From the NCBI RefSeq assembly GCF_963921235.1, contig NC_086108.1, positions 29,452,001-29,516,000 on the forward strand: a stretch of 64,000 nt of DNA, given 5' to 3'. Shown here piece after piece: positions 22,851 to 35,257 of the stretch. This DNA is from Mobula hypostoma. Its lineage: Eukaryota. Numbering within the stretch: position 1 is the first letter of the stretch; the number at the start of each line of letters is the position of its first letter. A program made the position numbers and the translations under genes. Under the pieces are notes generated by a model. The model worked only from the letters and a program-made list of their open reading frames with translations. It did no database searches and had not been told where the DNA came from.

Positions 22851-23866
22851 TGTAGATCTGTACATTGTGATTACATACCTAACTCTTAAGACTTGGTCTT
22901 AGAATCATACAGTCATACAGCACTACAGGACAGAAACAGGCCCTTTGGCCCATCTAGTCCATACCACACTATTATTCTACCTAGTCCCATTGACTTGCAG
23001 CTGGACCATTGCTCTTCATATCCTTCCATCCATGTGTACTTTTGCAAACTTCTCTTAAAAGTTGCAATTAATCTCATCCACAACTTCCACTGGCAGCTCC
23101 TTCTACACACACTCCACTCTCTGAGTGAGGAAGTTTCCCTCAGCTTCCACATAAACATTTCACCTTCCACACTTAACCTATGACCTCTAGTTCTAATTTT
23201 ATCTAACCTCAGTGGAAAAAGCTTCCTTGCATTTACCCTAACCTATACCCCTCATAATGTTACATACCCCTTTCAGATCTCCCCTACTTTTCCTTTGCTC
23301 CGAGGAATAAAACCCTAACCTAGAACAGGTCCTCAAGTTCCAGTAACAACTTTGTAAAATTCTTCTGTATTCTTTCAAACTTATTGATATCATTCCTGCA
23401 GGTAGGTGTCCAGAGCTGCACAAAATACTTCAAATTTGGCTACACCAATATGTTATATGACCACAACATAACATCCCAACTCCTGTAGTCAATACCCTGA
23501 TTTATGAAGGCAATGTGTCAAAAGCTCACTTTGCAATCCCATTGACCTTTCATGTCACTTTCAAGGAATTATGGATCGGTATTCCAAGGCCCTTCTGCTT
23601 CACCACATTCCTCAGTGGCTTACTGTTCACTGTGTAAGTCCTCCCAAAATGCAAAACCTCACATATGCCTGCAGTAAATTACATTTGCCATTTTCCAGCC
23701 CACTTTTCTAGCTGGTCCAGATTCGGCTGCAAGCCTTGTTAGTCTTCTTCACTGTCCACTATGCCCCTAATCTTGATGTCAGCTGTAAATTTTCAGATCC
23801 ACTTTATCTTATTATCATCCAAACTATTAATATAGATGACAAACAGCAATGGACCAAGCACTGACC

Positions 23867-26359
23867 TGTTATCTCTGTTCTTGATAAAAGACAAACTTTG
23901 CATGGGCAAAACTAACACAACTTCATTCGGACACTCTATAGACATGATGGCTTCCAGCTCCACACTTTAGTGAGCGCTTCCAGTTCACCAACACCTCCTC
24001 CAGTTCCAGATGGACTGCTCACATTGATCACTGGAAACTGAAGTTCTTTATTATGTGTGCACATAATAACACATCTGCCCCTGTAAAGCAAACAAACACA
24101 AAACTGTGCTGTCATAATCCTGCAAGAAATAATAATGCTTTCAAAATATTATTTACAATAAGTCAAATGTAAAGAACTTTCCAACACAGATATTTACATT
24201 AACTTCAACTGTAATGAGCAAATACAATCCCCAATTCACTCATCCACTCTCGATCCATTTCTGTGGTGGCTTAATGATCCCTTTTGGACTGCTATTTGTT
24301 TACACAGATGTCTTGCTTTCAATTGCTGTGTTAATACCTGTGCCCTTTTGAGAACTCTGACCTACGTGTTCATTTCTTTCACATCCTTCTGCCAAGATTC
24401 TATCTGTTCATCTCTGTTCTTGTTCTTGTTGTGTGGCCATAATTCACTCCTTGTCTTATAATGGAGCCCTGGACCACATCCACCTGATCAGTGAGTCTTT
24501 GCACAAGTTCCAACTGATTATTTCTCAATTCACAGAGCTTCTGCTATTGACTGTATTATAGATAACAACTCCTCCTGTTGGTGTGTGTTGAACTGTTGCT
24601 ATTTTTCTGATCTTTGGGTCTATGAGGTCTCCCCATCTTTCTTTTTATTTTTCCTCTTCAACTTCAGCAGGGATTGCAAGATATTTTTGATTTCCAGTTT
24701 TTAACTGGAAGTCGATCAGAGACAGATTTTGAATCAGCAGCATGATGTGGAGACAAGATTGGTGACTTCTTCATCATGATCACTCCATTCAGCACTGGCA
24801 TCCTGACTGTCATGCTGGTGTAGCTGTTATACATGTCTATGGAATGTGGAGTTCTTGTGATTCTCTTGCATAAAATCTCTGGATCTCTTGTGGATGCCGC
24901 TTGAATTTCATGAGTTAAATCAGATAAGCATCCAAACCCCTCAAACACATCAGCGTACTTTTTATTGAGTGTTGCCTGGTTACCTTTGGTCTGTGAAGCC
25001 ACCACAAAAACTCTTTCCATCAGGTTGAGCATTTTGTGCGCAGTCAGACCTAGTATTGGCTTTATTTGCTTTTCAACAATCTCTAGCTGTGCCTTTAGGT
25101 GCTGCCCCTTGAGCCTGAGGATCACTATACAGCCTCCTTTTACTGGAACGTTCTCTCCAGTATAGCCTGTCACTTTTAACTTCACTGGGTAAATCTTGCT
25201 CTTTACTTTGCAAGTCTTGTTATCATGCATAGACAACAGATTCACCTGGCTCCGGTGTCAAGCTTGAATGGAATTGCTGTCTCATTCACAGTCACTGGAA
25301 CAATCCATTCTGTCTTACCAGCACCAGCAGTCTGCAGAGAATCCATAAAAACTTCCACAATTTCCTCATCAACAGTGTGCACCTTCTTCTTGGTAGCCCC
25401 AGCTTCATACAACCTTGCAAAATGATTCTCCTTCCAACAGTTATCACAGGATTTTCCATAAGCAGGACACATCTTTTGAATGTGCCTACCTCCACATTTG
25501 CTGCATTTATTGTTTTAGCCTACCTCTCTGCTATGCTGCTACTTTGGGAAATGCCTTGTGCTCTGCCCCTCTGTTTTCACAGCATGCATTGTTGTTTCTG
25601 CTCTGGGCACCTCCGTAGCTTGAGATCATGTGGTTTCCCACTGCTCTACACATATTCACACCTTTTTCTAGCATTAAATCTTTTTCTGGGAGAAGTCTTT
25701 CTCTGAAAACACTTTCTGGGATTTCATAAACTATTTTGTCTCTGACTAACGAGTCCCTCAAGTCTCCAAACTCACAGTGTGTGAAGCTCAGCAAAGTATT
25801 GGTCAAAGATAACTCGTTTCTGTTCACATGAAAAGTACTTGTACCTTTCAAATGTAATGTTTTTACTTGGGACAAAATGCTCCTCAATTTTGTCATCAGT
25901 GTCCAATTTAAAGTTTCTCTATCAATTTGAAAGCTGTTGTAGATGTCCAAAGCACCTTCGCCAATTACGTGTAGGAAGATAGATGCTTTCAATTTTTCCT
26001 CCACCCCGCTGGCTCTGCTCACTGCTGAATATATATTGAATGGCCGTTTGAAGTGTTTCCAGTTATCAGCTAAATTGCTGGTAAACTGCATAGCTGTGGG
26101 AGGACTTAGCTTACCCATTGAGGGGATTCTTAGACTCTCACCACAATTTCTTGGTGAACTTCAGTACAGCATTGCTGTCTTGCTGGTAGCATCTCTCCAT
26201 CAGAACCTAGTGTCTCTTTCTTAGTTGCTCGTGGTATTCAGCTATGCTTCATATTTGGATCTCACAATAACTTCTGACACCATGTTATGTTTGTTAATAA
26301 ATGAGCTCGCATTTGAGAGCCCAAGCAAAGCTTGTCTTTTATCAAGAACAAACATAACA
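23867..26359 (-). mobile_element. Internally deleted Ty3/Gypsy LTR retrotransposon (gag plus protease remnants)
   Basis: Gag: LADNWKHFKRPFNIY, FLHVIGEGALDIY, CEFGDLRDSLVRDKIV; knuckle CPAYGKSCDNCWKENHFA; protease FKLDTGA. PBS TGGTGTCAGAAGT at 26282-26270. 3' LTR ~23867-24073, preceded by a purine-rich tract. No RT or RNase H seen. Confidence 0.9.
26270..26282 (-). promoter_or_regulatory. Primer-binding site (complementary to a tRNA-Leu 3' end)
   Basis: TGGTGTCAGAAGT directly follows an LTR-like ...ATAACA end and lies upstream of gag. Confidence 0.8.
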
Positions 26360-27552
26360 AGATCCCTGCAGCACATGACTTGTCACAGGCCTCCAGTCAG
26401 AGAGGCAATCACCTACCTTCAATCTCTGGCTTCCCCATTAAAACAAATTTTAAATCTGATTTGCTACTCTATCTTCAATGCCAAATGACAGAACTCTCTG
26501 GTCCAGACCCCCTTCCCTATCTCCACCTCCATGCGGGACTTTGTCAAAGGCCTTTCTATAATCCATTGAGACAGCATCCACTGCTTTTCTTACATTAGCT
26601 TTCCTGGTAACCTCCTTGAGAACTCTATAAGATTGGTTAGGCATGATCTACTATGTACAAAGCCATGTCGACTGTCTCTAAATGGATCCTGTCTATCCAA
26701 TAGTATAGGTATTCCTATACTATTCCTTTAGAATACCTTCCAATAATTTACCCACTACTGATGTCAGGCTCACAAGCATATAATTTCCCAGATTATTCTT
26801 AGATCCTTTCTTGGGACAATTGAACAACATTAGCTACCCCTCTCACCTCACCCGTGACTAAGAACATTTTAAAAACCTCTGCTATGGGCCCTGAAATTTC
26901 TGCACTAGCCTCCCACAAAGTCCAAGGGGACACCTTCTCAAGTCTTGGGTACTTATCCGCTCTAATTTGCCTCAGCACTTTTTTTTTCTATAATCCAGAT
27001 TTGGTCTACGTCCTCACTACTGTCTTGCCTCAGTTCTATAGACTCTGTGCCCATATCTTGAGTAAATTTAGATGCAAAATTCTATTTACGATCTCTTCCA
27101 CCTCTTTTGGCTCTTGATGTCATAAAACACCAAAGAATTAAACTAAATATTGCAGTACTTTTATAGTGTTTTATCCATTCGTACAGAAGATGTATTTTCA
27201 CATTAACTGCTAATGATGTCTATTCTTCCTGCTGTTCATATTTAACTTGATATCTTGATATTTTTGATTTGAGAATAATGGACAGTATATCATTCTTTAG
27301 ATTTGCCTTAAGTACTACTTTTACCCTGGGCTTCTGTAGAACCCACTTTAAGCAATAAAAAAGTGGCAGAATTGTGTAGTCAGTGCATGCAGCTGAAGCA
27401 CAAACACTATGTGATTGGTTCAGATGGCTGTTAGGTCTCTTTTGTTTTTAAATTTATGATTCCTTGCTTTTTTCAGTCTTTAACTGTCAACATAAATTAT
27501 TGAGCATTAAGTAAGAGTTAATAATTGACTATCGTGTCTCATGATCTCTGCA

Positions 27553-29883
27553 AACACGAGGAAATCTGCAGATGCTGAAAATTCAAGCAACACACATAAA
27601 AGTTGCTGGTGAACGCAGCAGGCCAGGCAGCATCTCTAGGAAGAGGTACAGTCGACGTTTCGGGCCGAGACCCTTCGTCAGGACTAACTGAAAGAAGTGA
27701 TAGTAAGGGATTTGAAAGTGGGAGGGGGAGGGGGAGATCCAAAATGATAGGAGAAGACAGGAGGGGGAGTGATGGAGCCAAGAGCTGGACAGGTGATTGG
27801 CAAAAGGGATATGAAAGGATCATGGGACAGGAGGCCTAGGGAGAAAGAAAAAGGGGAGGGGGGTAAAAGCCCAGAGGATGGGCAAGGGGTATAGTGAGAG
27901 GGACAGAGGGAGAAAAAGAAGAGAGAGAAAAAGAATGTGTGTATATAAATAAATAACAGATGGGGTACGAAGGGGAGGTGGGGCATTAGCAGAAGTTTGA
28001 GAAGTCAATGTTCATGCCATCAGGTTGGAGGCTACCCAGACGGAATATAAGGTATTGTTCCTCCAACCTGAACGTGGCTTCATCTTTACAGTAGAGGAGG
28101 CCGTGGACAGACAAATCTGAATAGGAATGGGATGTGGAATTAAAATGTGTGGCCACGGGGAGATCCTGCTTTCTCTGGCGGACAGAGCGTAGGTGTTCAG
28201 CGAAAAGATCTCTCAGTCTGCGTCGGGTCTCGCCAATATATAGAAGGCCACATCGGGAGCACCGGATGCAGTATATCACCCCAGCCGACTCACAGGTGAA
28301 GTGTCGCCTCACCTGGAAGGACTGTCTGGGGCCCTGAATGGTGGTGAGGGAGGAAGTGTAAGGGCATGTGTAGCACTTATTCCGCTTACAAGGATAAGTG
28401 CCAGGAGGGAGATCGATGGGGAGGGATGGGGGGGACGAATGGACAAGGGAGTCACGTAGAGCGTGATCCCTGCGGAAAGCGGGGGAGGGGGGAGGGAAAG
28501 ATGTGCTTAGTGGTGGGATCCCGTTGGAGGTGGTGGAAGTTACGGAGAATAATATGTTGGACCCGGAGGCTGGTGGGGTGGTAGGTGAGGACAAGGGGTA
28601 CCCTATTCCTAGTGGGGTGGCGGGAAGATGGTGAGAGCAGATGTGCGTGAAATGGGAGAGATGTGTTTGAGAGCAGAGTTGATGGTGGAGGAAGGGAAGC
28701 CCCTTTCTTTCAAAAAGGAGGACATCTCCCTCATCCTGGAATGAAACGCCTCATCCTGAGAGCAGATGCGGCAGAGACAGAGGAATTGCGAGAAGGGGAT
28801 GGCATTTTGCAAGAGACAGGGTGAGAAGAGGAATCGTCCAGATAGCTGTGAGAGTCAGTAAGCTTATAGTAGACATCAGTAGATAAGCTGTCTCCAGAGA
28901 TGGAGACAGAAGATCTAGAAAAGGGAGGGAGGTGTCGGAAATGGACCAGGTAAACTTGAGGGCAGGGTGAAAGTTGGAGGCAAAGTTAATGAAGTCAACG
29001 AGCTCAGCATGCGTGCAGGAAGCAGTGCCAATGCAGTCGTCGATGTAGCGAAGGAAGAGTGGGGGACAGATACCAGAATAGTTTTGGAACATAGATTGTT
29101 CCACGAATCCAACAAAAAAAGCAGGCATAGCTAGAACCCATACGGGTGCCCATAGCTACACCTTTAGTTTGCAGGAAGTGGGAGGAGCCAAAGGAGAAAT
29201 TATTAAGAGTAAGGACTAATTCCGCTAGACGGAGCAGAGTGGTAGTAGAGGGGAACTGGTTAGGTCTGGAATCCAAAAAGAAGCGGAGAGCTTTGAGACC
29301 TTCCTGATGGGGGATGGAAGTATATAAGGACTGGACATCCATGGTGAAAATAAAGCGGTGGGGGCCAGGGAACTTAAAATCATCGAAAAGTTTAAGAGTG
29401 TGAGAAGTGTCACAAACATAGGTAGGAAGAGATTGAACAAGGGGGGATAAAACCGTGTCGAGGTATGCAGAAATGAGTTCGGTGGGGCAGGAGCAAGCTG
29501 AGACAATATGTCTACCAGGACAGGTAGGTTTGTGGATCTTGGGTAGGAGGTAGAAACGGGAAGTGCCGGGTGTGGGAACTATAAGGTTGGTAGCAGTGGA
29601 TGGGAGATCTCCTGAGCAGATAAAGCTAGTGATAGTGTGGGAGACAATGACCTGGTGCTAGTTAGTGGGGTCACGATTGAGGGGTAAATAAGAGGAGGTA
29701 TCTGCGAGTTGTCGCTGAGCCTCGACAAGGTAGAAGTCAGTACGCCAGACTACAACAGCACCCCCCTTATCAGCGGGTTTTATAGTACGGTTAGGATTGG
29801 TGTGGAGGGAGTGGAGAGCAGAGCCTTCGGAAGGAGTGAGGTTGGAATGGGAACAAGGAGTGAGGTTGAAATGGGAACAAGGG
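27553..29883 (-). mobile_element. Penelope-like element (Neptune-type), 5'-truncated and frameshifted, with 14-bp TSD
   Basis: RT motifs MDVQSLYTSIP, GVAMGTRMG, FLRYIDDC and LPFLD; Cys linker CKRNKCYTC; GIY-YIG nuclease VIYCIRCSRCGLLYIGET...FAEH...EEQ. Flanked by TCATGATCTCTGCA at 27539-27552 and 29884-29897. Confidence 0.95.
27650..27685 (-). ncRNA. Minimal type I hammerhead ribozyme motif in the PLE terminal repeat
   Basis: Minus strand reads AGTC-CTGACGA-A-GGG(TCTCGG)CCC-GAAAC-GTC-GACT: intact core, stem I AGUC/GACU, stem II GGG/CCC and a palindromic ACGU stem III. Confidence 0.8.
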
Positions 29884-31040
29884 TCATGATCTCTGCAGTT
29901 AGGTTATGATAAATATCGGTGATCTTTTATATTTTCATCTTGCATTTTTGTGTCAGCTGATTCTCATTTCTGGTGGGATAATTAACACAAATCCCTTCAA
30001 ACCACATATAGATTTTGGAATCTAGAAAGTACTTCCAAGAACTGTGAAATTTCGTTTAATCGTAAATCTGATAAATATTGCAAAACAGTTCAAAGATGTT
30101 TGTGATTTTTTTTCAGACAATATACTTGGAATCATTCAAACATCTGCTGAAGCAATTTTGCATCAATTTCAAATTCTTAATGTACTGTGACCTTCTGAAT
30201 TAATCCAAACAAGTGCCAAGACTGGTATTTATTAGCTTTTGCTCAACAGACTTGCCTCTGAGCCAGATTGCCACTCCAGAGAACAAGAATTCAACAATCT
30301 AAATTGACACTTCAATACTTTTCAAAGTGCTGTCTTTCAGATGAGGTGTTTAAACCAAGTCCATACCAGTGCTCCCAAAAGTGGGCATCAGAATCAGGTT
30401 CATTATCACTGACATATGTGACATCAAAAGTTATCTGGTACTATTACAATGCTGCTAGTGGATATGTAGTTTGGCTTATGCAATGATGAAGACACATCAG
30501 TAAGTGCATCATTTGCTTTGAAATGCTTTGCTACATTCCAAAATAATTAAAATGATTAGGTAATTATAAATTGTTTTCTTTAAATGATAAGGGAATATTG
30601 TTCTGTACCAAGCATTTGGGGAAAAATAAAAATACAAGATTATGACTGCCAGGTTATTTCAAAGTAGTAAATGTGTATTGATCAGATTATGGTTGGATAG
30701 GTCAAGGTTAATTTTAATGTTTCTCATTGACTGACCCATGTCTAAACTTGCTGGAATTACCATATTTATTCAGCTGCATTACTGGGATGAGTATTTCTTC
30801 CCAAGAGAATGAACGAATTTAACACACTGGGATCACACTCCCAATACAAAAGGCACAGAGAGATTCTTTCAATTGTCAAAACTTTTATTACCTACAACTA
30901 AAAAGACGCCATGAATTTTAGATTATTGCCGAGTAATTAGTGGGGCTTCTTAGATTCATAGAAACATGGAGTCCTACAGGACAGTGCAGGGCCTTTGCCA
31001 ACCATCCAGTGCCGATCTGTATTAAAACCATTTACAAATA

Positions 31041-31813
31041 CAGTAGATTCAGGTTAATTGCACCATCAATGATTCGGGGCTTCCCCTTATTTGGGACAAC
31101 ACTTAAAGAAAAAAAACTAACTTAGAAGATTGCTGGGATTCCCTTCGTTTAAATGGGACACTGCTCTTAATTGAGACAGGAGGCTGTTGTAGCACAGGTT
31201 CTAACTAGTGTCAGTTGCACACACTTGTGTGGCTGTTAGACGCTACATTGTGCTTAGAGCAAACAGTTTTAATATAGTGTCATTTGTGTGTGTTTGTGTT
31301 CAAAAAGCAATGATTTTTGTCATTGATAGTTGTAGAGAAATAAGCAGTAAGACAGTTTCGACCTGTTTTGCTCACTGTGGTTTCAAGCGTTCAGTCTTGG
31401 AGATACCAGAAACAGCCAGGGGTAAAAATGAAATGATTTTACTATTTCAGCAAGTTAGGAACTATGAAGAATTTGAAGGTATTGACAATCATCTTGAATG
31501 TTACAATGAAAATGAAGATTTGGAGGATGCAATCATTCATAACATTGTATGATGACAGTTCATTATCTACATACACCAAATGAATTCCTCTGTTGATAAC
31601 TATTAGGAACTAATACACAGTTTTATAGAACTGTAGTACTATTGGTGGCATTCTTATTTGTTTTGCATTTCATTTAAGTTTATAATTTGTTACTCTGTTA
31701 ATCTATTTTACGCCTTTTTAACTATTTCTGTATAACTTTGGATGATTGGAGCAGCCACTTAAATGGGTAAAATATACTGTTCCTGATATGTCCCATTTAA
31801 CCAGAATCCACAG
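31041..31813 (+). mobile_element. Tigger/pogo-like non-autonomous DNA transposon
   Basis: Imperfect TIRs (cagtagattcaggttaattg and catttaaccagaatccacag), both flanked by TA. The remnant REISSKTVSTCFAHCGF resembles the C-terminal end of a Tigger DDE domain. Confidence 0.75.
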
Positions 31814-31829
31814 TATTTTGTCTGTAGAT

Positions 31830-32160
31830 AACATGCCATGATCATTTAAGTGATCATCCATATGCTTCTTCAATGTTGTGAGAGTACCTACCTTCACCAT
31901 CTTATCGTGCGATACCTATTAGGTTTCGATCACCCTCTGGATGGAAAATATCCTTCTCAAAACCCTAATAACCCTCTTACCCCCCACATTAAGCCTATGC
32001 TCAGTGATCTGAGGCACCTCCTTCATATGGAAAAGTTCCTCTCTTAACAATGCCTCTAATAATTTTATATATCGCAATCAGGTCCTCTTTCAGCCTGCTC
32101 TGCTCCAAGGCAAGCAAATTGTGCCTTTCTATTCTCCTTGTAACAAAATATTCCATTCCT
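31830..32160 (-). mobile_element. Old CR1 3' fragment
   Basis: Degenerate reverse CR1 C-terminal and 3' blocks (atcaccctctggatggaaaa, atcaggtcctctttcagcctgctctgctccaagg). Confidence 0.55.
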
Positions 32161-32539
32161 GTTTCATTCATGTTAATATAGGACTTGCACAGTAATAAAT
32201 CAGTAATTGTTCATGTGCTATTCTTCTAACATTTCAATGGCAACTTTGGCTAATAAGTAACAGGTTAAGTTAACAAGGATATACCTTTTGTAACACCAGC
32301 TTTTCAATTCTTGTATGCAGTGAGTTGGTGAGTGCACATTTCTTTTTCACATTAGAACATTGTTAAGTTTGTTCAGTTTCACTTATGGTCAATGCTAAAT
32401 GAAGTAAAACAAAATAAATAGGTTAAGTTACTGCAAGTGGGAAATTAGAACAAATGTGTTAACTAGTGCAATAAAATAGAACAGAGGAAGGACAATTTGG
32501 GCTTGCATGAAGGTTTCATTATAGCAGAATCGTATATTC

Positions 32540-33880
32540 AGGCACCCATGCTGATCTCGTCAATTTCATCAACTTTACTTCAAACTTCCACCCAGCCCTC
32601 AAATTCACTTGGTCTATCTTGGACACTTCTCTCCCCTTTCTCGATGTCTCGGTCTCCATCTCTGGAGACAGACTGTCCACTGACATCTTCTACAAGCCCA
32701 CTGACTCTCATAACTACCTCGACTATACCTCTTCCCGCCCTGCCACATGCAAAGATGCCATTCCCTATTCCCAGTTCCTCTGTCTCCGCCGCATCTGCTC
32801 CCAGGATGAGGCTATCTGTTCCAGGACATCTCAAATGTCCTCTTTCTTTAAGGATCGTGGTTTCCCTTCTACGGTGATCAATGATGCCCTCACCCACATC
32901 TCCTCCATTTCCTGCACTTCGGCCCTCACCCCATCTTCCCGCCACCACAACAGGGACAGAATTCCCCTTGTCCTCACCTACCACCCCACCAGCCTCCGGA
33001 TACAGCACATTATCCTCCGCGACTTCTGCCACCCTCAACAGGACCCCACCACTAAGCACATCTTTCCCTCTCCACCCCTCTCCACTTTCCAACAGGGATC
33101 GATCCCTCTGCGACTCACTTATCCGCACGTCCATCCCCACGGATCTCCCACCTGGCACTTATCCCGGTAAGCGTAAGTGCTACACCGGTCCCTACACCTC
33201 CTCTCTTGCCACCATTCAGGGCCCCAAACAGTCCTTCCAGGTGAGGCAACACTTCACTTGCGAATCTGTTGGGGTCATCTATTGCATCCGGTGCTCCCGG
33301 TGCGGCCTCCTCAACATCGGTGAAACCTGATGCAGATTGGGGGACCGCTTCATCGAGCACCTCCACTCCATCTGCCACAACAGACAGGATCTCCTGGTAG
33401 CCACCCACTTCAACTCTGCTTCCCATTCCCATTCAGATATGTCCATACATGGCCTCCTCTGCTGCCATGATGAGGCTAAACTCAGGTTGGAGGAGCAACA
33501 CCTCATGTACCGTCTAGGTAGTCTCCAGCCCCTTGGTATGAACATAGAATTCTCCAACTTTTGGTAATTCCCTCCCCCTCCCTTCCTCTATCCCTATTTC
33601 ACATCACCTCCCTCATTGTTCCGCCTCCTTCTACTATTGTTCTCCTGCCAATCACCTCCCTGCTTCCCCTTCCCCACCCCTTTGTCTTTCAAATTACTGT
33701 TTTTTTCAACTACCAGCATTCTTCAAACCCTCCCCAAAGTTCTTCCTTCAGTCCTGACGAAGGGTTTCGGCCCGAAACGTCGACTAATCTTTTCCACTGA
33801 TGCTGACTGACCTGCTGAGTTCCTCCAGCGTATTGTGCGTGTTCCTTTGACAACAGCATCTGCGGATTATTTTGTGTTTA
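32540..33880 (+). mobile_element. Penelope-like element 3' fragment
   Basis: SLPFLDVSV...TDIFYKPTDSHNYLDY, IPYSQFL.LRRICS, IPLVLTYHP, VIYCIRCSRCGLLNIGET and RLEEQHL, followed by the terminal repeat. Confidence 0.93.
33750..33785 (+). ncRNA. Minimal type I hammerhead ribozyme motif in the PLE terminal repeat
   Basis: AGTC-CTGACGA-A-GGG(TTTCGG)CCC-GAAAC-GTC-GACT; identical to the 27650 copy except for one stem II loop base. Confidence 0.8.
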
Positions 33881-34186
33881 TTCATATATTTCACTGTTCC
33901 GAATGCCCTGAGGTGGTCTTGTGGTTTATGGAACTAATCAACCTAAGCCTTGTCCACACACAGCCGTCCACAGATGGATTTCCAGAATACAGCATTCCTT
34001 TGGATGATTATGTATTTAAATTGAAGAACTTGAGACTGTGCTTTAATTCACTGTATTTGTTTCAACTTTCAAGATGTACTCAAGTCTGTCCTTGGTCTTG
34101 CTGATCTTCATGGGTACTCTTCACATCCAGACCTATAAATTACTGTGAGAGCTAGCATTACTAAAGAAGCTATTTCATCCAATGTC

Positions 34187-34990
34187 TCAAAAGTTTTCAA
34201 AGGTTTCAAAGGTATATTTAATGTCAGAGAAATGTATACAACACACAGCCTGAAATGCTTTCTCTTCGCAACCTTCCACAAAAACAGAGAAGTGTCCCCA
34301 AAGAATGAATGACAGTTCAATGTTAGAACCCCGAAGTCCTCCCCAGCTCCCCTCCCTCCTACATGTAAGCGGCAGCAAGCAACAATCCCCCCTCCCCCCC
34401 ACCGGCAAAAAAAAAGCATTGGCACCCACCACCCAGCACTCAAGCGTGAGCAAGGTATCAGCAAAGACACAGATTTGGAGTACCCAAAGACTACACGTTT
34501 ACCCGGTATTCGACATACCACAGGTTCTGCCTCTCCCTAATAAGGGAGAAAGATGTCTCCATTTCACATTGAGAGGGGAGACATAACAAACAACTCGCTG
34601 GTTTACGATGTTAAAAGTTCATTGCATCGCTTTTTCCGAGCTCTGTGCCTAAAGATCTCAGGTCTCTGGGCACACAGCCAAAGATCTTCCAGCTCCCACG
34701 GCACACCAGTTCGGGACACTGACCTTCAATCTGCCCACCTCCAGAGCCCCGAGATCTAGGCCTCCAGAGGCAAGCCGAACCCTTAGGCCACGCCCTTGAC
34801 ATGTTGGATAATGGCCAGTCATGACGGCCCAAGAGCAGGTCCCATTCCCGCAAAGAACCGAAGTCAGCGTGTAATTCCAGGTCATGGTCTTCAATAGAAC
34901 CCTGAAAGCAAAAAATAGAGCTACTAAAGATGGAAATAGAGCTGTCTCCAAAGATGCAAGCAAAGGAGTAGCCGTTTAGCGCTATTTTGA
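34187..34990 (-). mobile_element. Non-coding ~0.8 kb retroposon with a Rex1/Babar-like 3' tail
   Basis: The 3' end carries short tttgaaa(a/c)c-type repeats and a catttctctgacattaaat tail. It is GC/CpG-richer than the flanks, has a partial second copy at 8010-8235, and encodes no recognisable protein. Confidence 0.55.
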
Positions 34991-35257
34991 CTAAGTTCAT
35001 TAATAAATTTGCCTTGAGATTTACAGTGAATATTGTAATAACTTTAAAAAGAAATTGACAGCTCCATTTAAAATTATTTGAGTGATACTTTTTAAAAACA
35101 AAACAAGAGTAGATATTCAACCTGCTAGCTGGGCACAAAATAGCATTGTAGATCAAATAATAAATTACAAAATTACAAAACTTTCACTTACATTAAAAAG
35201 AGCAAATTCTATCATTGTTAACCAATCTGCAAAAGCCATTTTAATATGTCTGTGGTA

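Larger units (their letters stand above)
22900..27117 (-). mobile_element. CR1 LINE (22900-23866 and 26360-27117) split by a Gypsy insertion
   Basis: CR1 3' tail at the left end. The RT region reads across the insert (agcactgacc | agatccctgc). Minus ORF contains KAVDAVSMDYRKAFDKVPHG. Confidence 0.85.

Noticed and set aside
27986..28594. Stand-alone GIY-YIG nuclease or RT-nuclease defence system
   Set aside because: It is the frameshifted C terminus of a Penelope-like retroelement bounded by a TSD.
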